DNA from: Eledone cirrhosa
Lineage: Eukaryota
Direction: 5' to 3'
DNA: 64,000 bases
Assembly (NCBI GenBank): GCA_964016885.1
Contig: OZ024752.1
Location: forward strand, 23,622,001-23,686,000
Part shown: positions 1 through 11,931 of the stretch, piece by piece
Layout: each line of letters begins with the position of its first letter
Numbering within the stretch: the stretch's first letter is position 1
Position numbers and translations under genes: made by a program
The notes under the pieces: model-generated
Database searches by the model: none
What the model saw: only the letters and a program-made list of their open reading frames with translations
Told to the model about the DNA's origin: nothing

Positions 1-1562
1 CTCAATTTAAAATACATGTTATCTCCGTCATTTTGTCAGAGACTGAGAGAAAAAAAAATATATGCGTAACGGTACATTTATAAATTTAAATTACTACATA
101 AATAATAATATTAATAATAAAGATATAGAGAGAAACAAAGGAAGGGGGACATATGGAAAGGAGGGGGAAAAGAAAGACGAAAGAGGAAAATACAAATATA
201 TGCATAACCGGCAAAATTACGAATTCAAACTATCACATCAAAATAATATTAATAATAAAGATACAGATAGAAAGAAAAGAGGGGGATAGATGTAGTAAAG
301 GTAGAGAAGAAAAAGAAGGATGAAGAAGGAAAAAGAGAAAGAGACAGAGAAAGATGAAGAAGGAAAAGTGAAAATAAAAACATGTTGAGAAGGAAGAAGA
401 CTGGGAAGTTATTACAGCTAAAAATAAGCAAGCATAGACATCATAGGAAAGACAGAAGAATAGAGACGTGTGACCGGATGAGTAATTGTTGATAAATACA
501 GGCAGAAATAGGATGGAGAGAAGAAGGAAGAGGAGCAGACGGATATATACGTTAATACAAGAATGAAAGCAAGTAAAAATAGAGATTTAAGCATAGAAAA
601 ACATAAATAAATAAATAAAAATATAAAGAGATAAATAAATAAATAAATAGATAGATGAGTAAATAAATAATTTACATCTATTGTTATATAAAATGGTATA
701 ATATTTGAAACGTAGAGATGTGAGTAAATAAATAAATAGATGCGTTGAAGAGAGTTGTGTTAATGTTATTGCGGATAGTTATTGATGATTGTTAAATATG
801 GATAGATGTAAAGTTAAAAATATTATAATATTGGATATATTTATGTATGCATTGGATATTTTAATAAGTAAATTGACTAGTTTAAGATGTATTATATGAT
901 AAACCTATTTCATCTCGATCATTTTATCTTAAGTAGAGAAATTCAAAGACAAATGGTGAAAGATAGAGGTGTATAAAATGAGAATGTAAATACAGTTGGT
1001 TCTGTGTTGTTCTTTGGTAATTATAATGGTGACGATGCTGCTGATAATGTGATATCGTAGTAGATTCTAATGGTATAAAATGGGGATAAGGAATAGAAAA
1101 TGGAATTAAGTTGGTCTAAAGTTCTCGAATTTCGTTGCTGATTTGTGCCGACAAAAAAAATAGTTCGTTCAATTCTACTATTAAGGATGGTTTTGCTGAA
1201 ATTAAGAATTACAGAGCCTGCATTGGGACATACCAATCTGATAGGCCTTTGCTTTTGACAATATTGCCCAACTGATCTCGTACTCTATGTTTGCATTCTT
1301 GAGTTGCCAGATTTTGTTGGCGAGTGTTGTTGTTTTTGAGAGATACTTGTTAATCATAGAATGTCTGTGTACGCACCACCTTTTCTTAAATTCACCATGC
1401 CGAGCTACCTGACGAAATGATGGAGATAACATGTATTTTAAATTGAGTGGCACTGCCTTTAGTGTTTAGCAATTTTTAGACAACTCTATCATAGAAACAA
1501 TTGTTAGACTGTAAATAAATGTCCTTGTTTGTAGTGCTGACCATGTTATTCTTCACTTTTTC

Positions 1563-1565
<3 letters not shown>
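1..1565 (-). mobile_element. Penelope-like element 3' fragment (GIY-YIG C-terminus, 3' UTR/pLTR) with inverted pLTR piece at 1409-1565
   Basis: Minus-strand peptide FKKRWCVHRHSM...TTLANKIWQLKNANIEYEISWAILSKAKAY...CRLCNS followed, across frameshifts, by TILNSRIERTIF.CRH (about 1140-1405), typical of PLE endonuclease C-termini. Bases 1-39 are a near-perfect reverse complement of 1409-1447. Confidence 0.8.
1409..1511 (+). ncRNA. Hammerhead ribozyme motif, 5'-truncated (lacks 5' strand of stem I)
   Basis: CTGACGA..TGATGGAG/CTCTATCA..GAAA CAATTG TT AGACTG; homologous to 2723-2830. Confidence 0.55.
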
Positions 1566-1602
<37 letters not shown>

Positions 1603-1604
<2 letters not shown>

Positions 1605-1745
1605 CGAAGGAAATGTGGTAAGGAACCAGGTGGACCATAACGCACCAAAGTACTCAATACTTAGGGTAGTAGAGTGGGTAATAGGAACAAGTAAGACCCC
1701 GACGGCTGAGCTCAAGCCGTTTCGACGGCTAATTCTGGACTGAAT
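1603..1745 (-). repeat. Dispersed repeat carrying the 3' half of a hammerhead (copies at 33853-34045 and 53439-53490)
   Basis: Near-identical copies, each next to (TA)n; minus strand reads GAAA CGGCTTGAGCTCAGCCG TC GGGG (stem III plus GUC site). Confidence 0.65.
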
Positions 1746-1746
1746 G

Positions 1747-1785
<39 letters not shown>

Positions 1786-2046
1786 AAGGTATATATTGAG
1801 TTAGGAACTCAAAATAGTCTCTTACAACAAAATAGCTCTAAGAAAGAGATATTTCTGAGCCGTATATTATAATAGAATATAAAAGAAAAACGAACACAGA
1901 CATACAGATATATGTGTTCAAATCGTAAGGGACCTGATTCGCTAAGGTGAAAAGAATACTAACTATAGACAATTGGGTTCGCTTGTCTCAATTTAAGACA
2001 AAATTAAGTAAATAAATACAAACCGGAATTGTGGTAACTACCAATC

Positions 2047-2118
2047 ACCCAGACAACTTGTTGTTGTTTCGCAAAGTTAATTGTGAATAGAAATACCAAT
2101 CCAAGCTCATCAGTGGGT
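2047..2118 (-). ncRNA. Canonical type-I hammerhead ribozyme
   Basis: Minus strand: ACCCA-CTGATGA-GC...GC-GAA-ACAAC(AACAA)GTTGT-C-TGGGT. 5-bp stem I, perfect 5-bp stem III, GUC cleavage triplet. Lies in the repeat 1785-2260, which is partly repeated at 49778-49945. Confidence 0.85.
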
Positions 2119-2269
2119 ATCCTAGACACATCTAAGTATGCTATATATAAAATATATAAAATAGCGCACATGACATCCTAGCTTGTCTGACAAACTCACA
2201 CCACTAAAAATAGCAGCCAGGTTTACTCAACATTTGAAATAGCTAAACAAATTACGGGATTATTTATTT

Positions 2270-2882
2270 ATCTATCAATTTTTTATATATGTACTTTTTA
2301 AAAATATTTTTTCATTCATTTCCTCATATATTTCTATATATCTATCTTTAATTTTACTTACATTTATTCATTTATTAACGTTTATTCATCTATTTGCCCC
2401 TATACCTTCTTCTCTCCATCTTATTTCTACTTGTGTTTGTCTATCATACTCGTCTGTTTGTCCGTCTTCATTCTTCTCTCTATCCTACGATATCTCTACT
2501 CGTGTTTTTCTATCATATTCTATTATTTTTAGCTGTAATAAACTTCTCCTCTTCTTCTTCTTTCTCTATCTCTCTTTCTTTTTCCTTCTCGTCTTTCTTC
2601 TTCCCGTCCTTTCTATCTTTACTATATCTATCCCCCTTCCCTTTTTTTCTCTCTATATCTTTATTGATGTGGTAATTTGAATTTGTAAATTTGCCGGTTA
2701 AGCATATATTTATATTTTTTCTCAGTCTCTGAGGATATGATGGAGCCAACATGTATTTAAATTGAGTGGCACTACTTTCAGTGTTTAGTAATTTTTAGAC
2801 AATTCTATCAGTGAAACAATTGTTAGACTGTAAATAAATCTCCTTTTTTGTATTGTCGACCATGTTATTCTCCACTTTTTCA

Positions 2883-2885
<3 letters not shown>
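2270..2885 (+). mobile_element. PLE 3' UTR/pLTR, diverged sister of 1-700 and 1409-1565
   Basis: Reverse-complement similarity to 1-560; direct similarity of 2729-2885 to 1409-1565. Confidence 0.7.
2723..2830 (+). ncRNA. Minimal type-I hammerhead with long stem-loop II
   Basis: CAGTCT-CTGAGGA-TA-TGATGGAG...TTCTATCA-GT-GAAA-CAATTG-TT-AGACTG. 6-bp stem I, palindromic loop III. Confidence 0.8.
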
Positions 2886-2941
<56 letters not shown>

Positions 2942-2983
2942 ACATGTATATATAGACATATATATATAAACAAAAGATAGTTA

Positions 2984-3056
2984 TTTTATTATACATAATT
3001 CGAAGATGTAAGGCTTATGTATAACATAATCCAAAACATGTCCTCGTCAGACAAAC
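2984..3056 (-). ncRNA. Degenerate hammerhead (GAAU instead of GAAA)
   Basis: GTTTGT-CTGACGAG...CTTC-GAAT-TATGTA-TA-ATAAAA; same frame as 10446-10510. Confidence 0.45.
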
Positions 3057-3135
3057 TGCATAGGCGATGTCTATATATATATATATATATGTCTAAATAT
3101 CTATATACATGTGTCTAAATATCTATATACATGTG

Positions 3136-3199
<64 letters not shown>

Positions 3200-3344
3200 T
3201 ACAGATACAGAAATATCCACGGTTAGTTGTACGAAATATGCGTACGATGTATTATTATCACCTAGAAACGATCGTAAAGCAGTGAAGTATATTCCTAATG
3301 ACTTGAATTTTTATTTCATTGTTTTAACTTATATATATATATAT

Positions 3345-4523
3345 TTGTTTTGCGAGGTTTTTTATATGAAATCGTGTGTCGAAAGAGATATTGTTATACT
3401 TGGGGAGGGTCGTAATAATATTGCCAGAAATAATAACAGAACACACACTGTTTGGTTGGTTTTTGCTTCTGTATCTTTTATATCTCCATAGTTAATTCAT
3501 TTGCCCATCAATGTTTATCACTGACTGACCAACGTTCAAAAATACAGATATAAATACATATATATAGTCTAACAAAGTTCTTTTCCTGCACATCTGCAAC
3601 ATCATCAGTGGTACTATTATCATGTTTCCCCCTACTGCATTGTATGTATTGTAATGCCTACGCCATTTTTATTTTATTTATTTATTTATTTCAAATTCAA
3701 TGAAACAATCTACACCCAAAATGAGAGAGCAGCTATTGGCGTCAGCATAGCTGGTGATGTTGCCAATCTATTTATGGTATGGTGGGAAAGGAGACTCAAA
3801 GATCTCCTCGAAGAGAGCTCCATAGACCTCATCATGTACTCTCGTTACGTAGACGATATTACTATAGTAATAAGGACACCCCCCACAAGAGAGTACTAAC
3901 GAACGTGGTTTAGAATATAGCACAATGGAAAGCATCCAGCAGATAGTTAACTCCATACAACAGTATTAGACACGGAACTCTGGATTAACACTATATACGA
4001 GAGGGCCCACATTCTCCACTCACACTACGCTAAGCCCATGGCCTCCAAATACGTGATACTCAAAATCTCAGCAATGTCCAGTAGTGCTAAGTTTAATATT
4101 CTGATCGCAGACTTGGTACGAGTGATGAAGAACGTGTCCCGCATATGCGACCCAACTGAAATGGAAAGACACATCCAACACTTCATCAACCGCATGCAGT
4201 GCTCTGGCTACAACCAAAGAGACAGAATCAGAGTATACAAAGGTGCCACGGAGAAGTATAAGACCCTCATAGAACTGGATATGAAAGGAATTTGCCTATT
4301 ATACAGGAGTAAATCATGGAATAGCTTAGATAGGACTAAACATGGTACGACAACCAGAGATTCCAGAGTGTCATGTTCGTGGATGCTACCCCTGGAGGGA
4401 AATTACCTAAGCAATGTAGAAAGGCCCTAAGAAAGACCGACTTAAAGATTAAAGTGCAGAAACATGACAACATCATACATAGGTGAGACAGCTCGAAGCA
4501 TAGGAGAAAGAATAGACCAACAC
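3345..4523 (+). mobile_element. Penelope-like element fragment (family A): inverted pLTR about 3345-3690, then decayed RT/GIY-YIG
   Basis: YTQNE.AAIGVSIAGDVANLFM...YSRYVDD, KPMASKY..., YIGETARSIGERIDQH (4476-4523). Homologous to 35595-38120. Matching direct pLTR resumes at 7540-7812. Confidence 0.85.
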
Positions 4524-7500
4524 TCAGACTCAGACTCAGAAGCTCCCGCGTCTTGCGACGCATGAGGCAATCATAGTGTTCCATCGCGTTCGGTCAGCAG
4601 CCAGTTGCACAGCGTCCCGCCATTGTCTGTTTGTCGCTCGCAGGTCCCTCTCAACTGTTTGGCGCCAGTTCATTTTGGGTCGCCCTCTCCGTCTGCTTCC
4701 CTGCGGCTCCATTTAAGTACTTGGTTCGCCAGTCTCTCCGGGGAAGTCTCAAAGCGTGTCCAAACCAGCCCAGGCGTCGCTTGCAGATGGTAGAAGAGGC
4801 TAGCTGCTGGTTGGTGCGGTTCCTGACTTCCTGGTTTGTTACATGGTCACTCCATTTAATCCCCAGGATCTTTCGCAGACATCTGGAATCGAATGCGTCC
4901 AACTTCTTCTCTTGGCCCCTCTTAAGGTGCCATGTTTCACTTCCGTACAAGAGTGTGGACAGCACGTTGCTGTTGTAGAATCTCATCTTTGTTTTGAGGG
5001 TGAACTTCCTGCTCTTCCAGATCTTGTCAGGCTGGTTAAATGCTGCTGAAGCCTTTTCCATTCTACATTGCAGTTCACTGTCCATGGTGCCCTCATTGTT
5101 AATGGAGCTTCCTAGGTAGGTGAAGTTGTCCACGATCTCCACCTCCCCCTATTCAATGAAGACACTGGTTGGTGGTGGGTGTGTCCCAGATAACATGCTT
5201 TTGGTCTTCTCGGCACTGATATTGAGATTTAAGCTTCCTGCTTCGACATTGATATTGTTCACAATGATTTGCAGGTCAGCTGTGCTCTCTGCAAGTGCAG
5301 TAATATCGTCCGCAAGGTCCAGGTCAGACAACTTTAGCTCTCCCACCCAAGATATACCCTGGTCTTTAGACGCTCTTCTTAGTACCCAGTCAATGGCTAT
5401 GGCAAAGAGAATTGGAGAGAGCGAGCATCCTTGACGCACGCCAGTAACCACATCAAACAAGTCACTGTAACCATCCTCTGTCCGTTTGCAGCACATGGAG
5501 TTTGCGGAAATCTGTTTGATTGCCGAAATGACTTTCTGGGGCAGACCATACTCATGCATGATGCTCCAGAGCGACGGTCAATGAATGCTATCGAATGCTT
5601 TGGAGAAATCGATGAAGCTGATAGCGAGGGGCCTCTGAAATTCGTTGTACGTCTCAATGGTGCGGCGTAGCGTAAAGATCTGCAAGGTTGCCCTTCTTGG
5701 GGATACAGACAACCGCTCCGTTTCTCCAGTCTTCTGGGACTTCACCCGTATTCCACACAAGATTACGTAAGTGGCCCATCCACTTGACCATGCTTTCGCC
5801 TCCTGACTTCAGCATTTCAGCAGAAATGCCATCCATACCTGGTGACTTGTTATTCTTAAGGGTTTGATGGCCATGCGGACTTCCTTCTCGGTGAAGTCAT
5901 CAGTATTGATAGGTAACAAACTAGTAGGTTCCTTAGTGCCTGCTGGCATACGTGGCTCCGGTCGGTTGAGCACTTACTTGAAATGTTCAGCCCATCTGAC
6001 TAACTTTTCTTCACCCTTGGAAAGCAGCGTACCATCTTTCGCTTTCACCGGGCCTGAGTTAGCTCTAGAGCCGCCGGGGATTTTCTTGGCAATTTGGTAC
6101 ACAGAGCGCATGTCATTGCGTGCCGCAGCTGCTTCTGCCTCCTCTGCCTTACTCTGAAGCCACATTCGTTCCTCAAAGCAGCCTCGAACTGTGCTTCTGT
6201 GTCACCGTTCTTCAGCTTGGTAGTGTCAAAACGCCTTGTAGTGGGTGCATTCTTCTTCTGCTTCCTCAGTCTGATTTTAAGTTTGGTAACAGACAGATAG
6301 TGGTCACTGCAGACATCTGCACCTCGGTAGACTCGGACGTCCTGCAGGCAAGGAGTTCTCCATCTTGGGCCAATTGCAATGTGGTCTATTTGCATCTTGG
6401 TCCTGTGGTCGTTCGAAGCCCATGTGACATTGTGGATGTTCTTGTGGTCAAATAGTGACGAGCCGATTTTAATATTGTTCTTGGCACAGAAGTGGACAAA
6501 CCTGTCCCCGTTGTCCGTGCGGTTTCCATAATCATGGGGGCCAAGGACATATTCAAAGCCAATCCTGCTTCCCCCGATCTGTGCGTTCATGTCTCCCATG
6601 ATGATCAGGATGTCGTGACGTGGGGTTTTGTTGACAACATCTTGTAGTTGCTGGTAGAAAGCGTCCTTGTCATCGTCGTTATGTTCGTTGGTTGGAGCAT
6701 AGCACTGAGCTATGGTGACCTTTGCATGTGATGTGGTGAATCTTGCTGTCATTAGGCGTTCGTTGATAGGAGTCCACTCCTCAAGAGCACTACTGGCAGC
6801 CCTGTCCATGGTGATTGCAACTCCATTTCGGTGGGTTCCGTTCTGACGGCCTGAGAACAGGATCGTCTTGTTTTCATGGACAAACTTCCCAGAGTCAGTC
6901 CAGCGGACCTCGCTGTGGCCCAGGATATTAATTTTGTAGGCCTCCATTTCTCCGATAACTTGCGCAAGTTTGGATGGTTGGTACAGAGTTCTTATGTTCC
7001 AATATCCAATACGTGTGGTTGTTTTTGCAGACAGAATTCTGGTCCTCAGGATGTCGGCTTCCTCATCGAGACTTTCGCCGACACCCGTCACACAATCTCC
7101 GGTTAGAGACAACCGTTCTCCTGATTGCTTGGAATTTGAATCTGATGCACTATGAATTGTTTCGTAGCAGGAGAGTTTTTCCGGGAACAGGTCGCTGACC
7201 TGAAGCCCAACCACTGACATTTAGTAAAGAGACAGTAAGTGGAGTAGTCTCTGGTAGAATTGCAAACCGATGGCCACGGAATATGGTGTGGGTTGCCTTC
7301 AGTCCTGGACGGTGTTGAGGGAGGATTTCCTTCTGCTTTAACCAGTGGCTTCCTTGTTGAAGCTCATACGTGTCAACACCACCCCCTCACGTGGTTCAGT
7401 CCACCAGCTGAAGCGGTGTGCCTGGGCATGGCGCTTGGAGCCACACGTGAGAGATTTAGGGATGGGTGGGGGCCGGTGATGACTGACTACCCTACCAGTT

Positions 7501-7535
7501 AGGGTGCAGTTGCCAACCATCAAGGGTACTGTCAA
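4522..7535 (-). mobile_element. RTE-clade LINE, near full length, frameshifted, nested in the PLE
   Basis: APE domain (IGYWNIRTL, SEVRW, YAPT, GDMNA, QIDH, SDH; ORF 6045-7220). RT pieces (FIDFSKAFDS, GVRQGCSLSP, LADD, FTYLGS, LLYGSETW, WFGH). 3' tail (TCTGAG)3 at 4522-4540. Confidence 0.92.
6045..7220 (-). pseudogene. RTE AP-like endonuclease ORF segment
   Basis: 391-aa ORF with conserved APE motifs; downstream RT is broken by frameshifts. Confidence 0.88.
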
Positions 7536-7539
7536 CCAT

Positions 7540-7812
7540 CAATACATACAATACAGTAGGGGGAAACATGATAATAGTACCACTGATGATGTTGTAGATG
7601 TGCAACGAAAGAACTTTGTTAGACTATATATATGTATTTATATCTGTATTTTTGACCGTTGGTCAGTCAGTGATAAACATTGATGGCCAAATGAATTAAC
7701 TATGGAGATATAAGAAGATACAGAAGCAAAAAACCAACCAAACAGTGAGTGTGTTCTGTTATTATTTCTGGCAATATTATTACAAACAATATAACCCTCC
7801 CCAAGTATAACA
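7540..7812 (+). mobile_element. PLE family A pLTR with hammerhead-like motif at 7575-7626
   Basis: Reverse complement of about 3385-3650. CCA-CTGATGA-T-GTTGTA(GATG)TGCAAC-GAAA-GAAC-TT-TG. Further motif copies at 3565-3616(-), 15024-15074(-), 35781-35832(-), 38011-38062(+). Confidence 0.75.
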
Positions 7813-7827
7813 ATATATATATGTATA

Positions 7828-7916
<89 letters not shown>

Positions 7917-7917
<1 letters not shown>

Positions 7918-8370
7918 CCAGATCGCTCTCGAGTGCTACTGGTAACATGTTACCCAGTACAACTTGTCTCATGGTCAGGTGTTGGTGACTAAACCGGCAA
8001 CCCACCAAGCTTTTTGGTGAGGGGGCTGATATTTGGACGCCCTGCGGGATGAAATACAAGACCTGGCAAAGGGCGGAGGAACTCAGCAGAGTCAAAGACT
8101 TTCCAAATAGTACCTGAAATGAATGGCCCCCAGTTGTCACATCACCTTTCTAGGCGAGGGAAACCAGTTCTCCTTTTCGGGTAGTGTTTTCCATGCTCAG
8201 AGAATGGGATTGGTCGAGTGCAAGGCCTTTCCCCACTTAAAAAACCTTCAAAGCACAGACATTGCTTGTTCAGGATATGTTACAGGCTCGTGTGGCTGGC
8301 CGTAGCCTATAAGTACACCAAACTCTATAATCTGACAAACGATTGCAACACTCTTAGTAGAGTTTGCAAG
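7917..8370 (-). mobile_element. Possible decayed non-LTR retroelement fragment
   Basis: GC-richer island between microsatellites; weak ...PLTKKLGGL resemblance to the post-RT GGLG motif. Confidence 0.25.
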
Positions 8371-8374
8371 CATC

Positions 8375-8436
8375 ATATATATATATATATATATCCATAT
8401 ATATATATATATTAATATATATATATATATATATTA

Positions 8437-8467
<31 letters not shown>

Positions 8468-8469
8468 AT

Positions 8470-8528
<59 letters not shown>

Positions 8529-8567
8529 ATATATTATATATATTATATATATATATATTATATATAT

Positions 8568-8601
<34 letters not shown>

Positions 8602-8609
8602 ATATATTA

Positions 8610-8652
<43 letters not shown>

Positions 8653-8772
8653 ATATATTATATATATATATATATATATATTATTATATATTATATATAT
8701 ATTATATATTATATATATATATATATTATATATTATATATATATATAATATTAATATATATATATTAATATA

Positions 8773-8811
<39 letters not shown>

Positions 8812-8829
8812 TATATATATATTAATATA

Positions 8830-8870
<41 letters not shown>

Positions 8871-8888
8871 TATATATATATTAATATA

Positions 8889-8933
<45 letters not shown>

Positions 8934-8943
8934 TATATATATA

Positions 8944-8977
<34 letters not shown>

Positions 8978-8995
8978 TATATATATATTAATATA

Positions 8996-9026
<31 letters not shown>

Positions 9027-9042
9027 AATATATATATTAATA

Positions 9043-9074
<32 letters not shown>

Positions 9075-9095
9075 TAATATATATATATTAATATA

Positions 9096-9142
<47 letters not shown>

Positions 9143-9834
9143 GGTTTTAAAGTTTGCTTAAAGCATTGTGAAATGTGTAAAATACGTAGTTTAGAAAGCC
9201 ACAACAATGCAGAGGGAAATCTCGAGGTAGGAAGTGAATGATAGATAGGAGAAATAGGAGAAAGTTGTGATGTCGTTAAAACAGGAACTGTTTTAACGAC
9301 ATCACAACTTTCTCCGGCTTAGCCTGTCCCCCCCCCCCCCTTTTGGAACTTTCCCCCGTTGATGGGCGTGAGCCCGAAATATTGGATTAAATCTCCACTA
9401 CGGTAACCCTTCTACCTTTGTTTTGTTTTCATCTTTGTCGCTCTCAATTTTCACTTTCTCCTATTTCTCCTATCTATCATTCACTTCCTACCTCGAGATT
9501 TCCCTCTGCATTGTTGTGGCTTTCTAAACTACGTATTTTATATATATATATATATTTTATATATATATATATTTTATATATATATATATTTTATATATAT
9601 ATATATATTTTATATATATATATATATTTTATATATATATATATTTTATATATATATATATATATATTTTATATATATATATATATATATTTTATATATA
9701 TATATATATATTTTATATATATATATATTTTATATATATATATATATATTTTATATATATATATATATATTTTATATATATATATATATTTTATATATAT
9801 ATATATATATTTTATATATATATATTATATATAT

Positions 9835-9867
<33 letters not shown>

Positions 9868-9918
9868 ATATATATATATTATATATATATATATATATTA
9901 TATATATATATTATATAT

Positions 9919-9971
<53 letters not shown>

Positions 9972-10064
9972 ATTATATATATATATTATATATATATATT
10001 ATATATATATATTATATATATATATTATATATATATATTATATATATATATTATATATATATAT

Positions 10065-10097
<33 letters not shown>

Positions 10098-10110
10098 ATA
10101 TATATATATT
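8375..10110. repeat. (TA)n arrays with TT/TTTT interruptions, flanking the fold-back at 9139-9540
   Basis: Directly visible. Confidence 0.95.
9178..9540. repeat. Fold-back cassette: about 88-bp inverted arms, inner hairpin, degenerate hammerhead
   Basis: 9178-9265 is the reverse complement of 9453-9540. Inner hairpin 9257-9315 (loop GAA). CC-CCGTTGA-T-GGGC(GTGA)GCCC-GAAA-TATT-GGA at 9352-9386. Confidence 0.85.
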
Positions 10111-10199
10111 AATAGTAATAATAATAAAATTGAAGACTAAAATCCAGAGAGGGCTCGATAAGGAAAATATATATCAAATATATAAGAACCGAAGAGCAA

Positions 10200-10330
10200 A
10201 TATTTATTAAAATAACAGATTAAAGTTTAAGCAAAGAATCGCTGCTTTCACCCTTGACGGGATCTTCTGAAACTAAGGGTGAAAGCAGCGATTCTTTGCT
10301 TAAACTTTAATCTGTTATTTTAATAAATAT
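10200..10330. repeat. Perfect 56-bp inverted repeat with 19-nt spacer
   Basis: 10200-10255 pairs with 10275-10330; spacer GACGGGATCTTCTGAAACT. A lone arm recurs at 21866-21922. Confidence 0.9.
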
Positions 10331-10399
10331 ATATATATTATATATATATATATTATATATATATATATTATATATATATATATTATATATATATATATA

Positions 10400-11520
10400 T
10401 AAATTTAAAATATTAACAAAAATAGACATTCGTGTGATCAAGTATATTTTATTATACATATTTCAAAGGTACTGAGCTATCTTCAACAGTACGTCCTCAT
10501 CAGATAAAATAAGATGATGCATAACATGCCCTGACTAAGTAGATGGTTAAAATTCAGTCATGGCAGTGAATAAGATATGACAAAACTCAATATTTATATA
10601 CTTTAAGATTGAGACATGAAATAATTACATATAATACAGAGAGTGCATGTGAGAAAGCTTATAAAGATACATAAACAACTACTAATATAATAGAAAGTTA
10701 CATAACTGTTAGAGATTTAAATAATTTAAATTATTGAAGAAAGAAGAAGTGAAAGACAGAGAGAGAAACAGATGAGGAAAAAGAGAGTGACTAGAAGTAT
10801 AGAAATATCTTATGCATGAAAGCAAAAGAAAATTGATTAAGGATAGAGAGACGAGGAGAAAATAATTTTTATAGTATAAAGCATAGGGAGGGAGATTTGT
10901 ATTGTCATTGATAAAGAGCGTATAATTAGATGATGCAAAAATAGATATATAAATAGATATATATTTGGGCATAGCTTTGTGAATGAATAATTTCGAATCG
11001 TTAAATTATCTAGAAGTAATCAATCAATCAAAATATCAAATATATCTGGGTGTAGTTATATGAGGGTTTATTTTCGAATCCTTAAGTTAATTAGAAATAG
11101 TCTATTAATCAATTATATATATCCCAGCGTATCCGGATGACCGTTAAATTTCGAATCATTTTGTTAGTTCAAAATAGTGAATTAATCTAAAGGCATAATA
11201 TTTCAGGCTATAAAATTTATATTATAGTATAATATCATATTTAAAGTATTTGCAAACATGAGAAAGAAGAGACTTAATATTTTCTTCATCCCGAAGGTAA
11301 TCCAAATTAAATTATATAAAATTTTTTTTTTTTTTTTAAAGAGATTTTATATTAAAAAATAATCATTATATAATTTAGAAAATAATTACAATTATAACTT
11401 TAAAAATTTTTTAAACTTCAAATTAAAAATTAGAATGCCCATAAGTATCCAAAGGCCTTATAAGTATACTTAAAAAGGATATTATTAAACTAGATATACG
11501 CATTTGTCTAAATTTATACA
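10400..11520 (-). mobile_element. PLE pLTR/3' UTR remnant (family D) with hammerhead at 10446-10510
   Basis: ATTTTAT-CTGATGAG-GAC-GTACTG...CAGTAC-CTTT-GAAA-TATGTA-TA-ATAAAA; homologous to 50727-50958. Right boundary uncertain. Confidence 0.7.
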
Positions 11521-11575
11521 AAGAGTACATTGTTTAAAGTTTAAGACGATATTAGTCAGTTATATATAATATAAT

Positions 11576-11760
11576 TGTTTCTACTTTAGGCACAAGGCCA
11601 GCAATTACCCAGTGCATTACTGGTACTTTATTTTATCGACCCCGTAAGGATGAAAGGCAAAGTCAACCTCGGCGGGATTTGAACTCAGATCGTAAAGGGA
11701 CGTGACTATGCTGGAAAGCATGGTGTCTGACCCTCTACCGATACTGCCAATCCACCGCCC
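11576..11760 (-). mobile_element. tRNA-derived SINE (Nin/Deu-like core) with 16-bp TSD
   Basis: A-box-like TGGCAGTATCGG, B box GAGTTCAAATCCC, core GCCTTTCATCCTTACGGGGTCGATAAAAT. TSD TTATATATAATATAAT at 11560-11575 and 11761-11776. Confidence 0.88.
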
Positions 11761-11839
11761 TTATATATAATATAATAAATATAATTACTGTTAATTGTGT
11801 TAAAAAATAAAGTTTTACGTCAATTATTATATTTAAAAA

Positions 11840-11930
<91 letters not shown>

Positions 11931-11931
<1 letters not shown>

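Noticed and set aside
7250-7380. Possible HDV-like ribozyme in the RTE 5' UTR (8-bp GGTGTTGA/TCAACACC pairing, AGCAGAA)
   Set aside because: P1.1, P3 and P2 could not be closed convincingly by eye; needs an RNArobo search.
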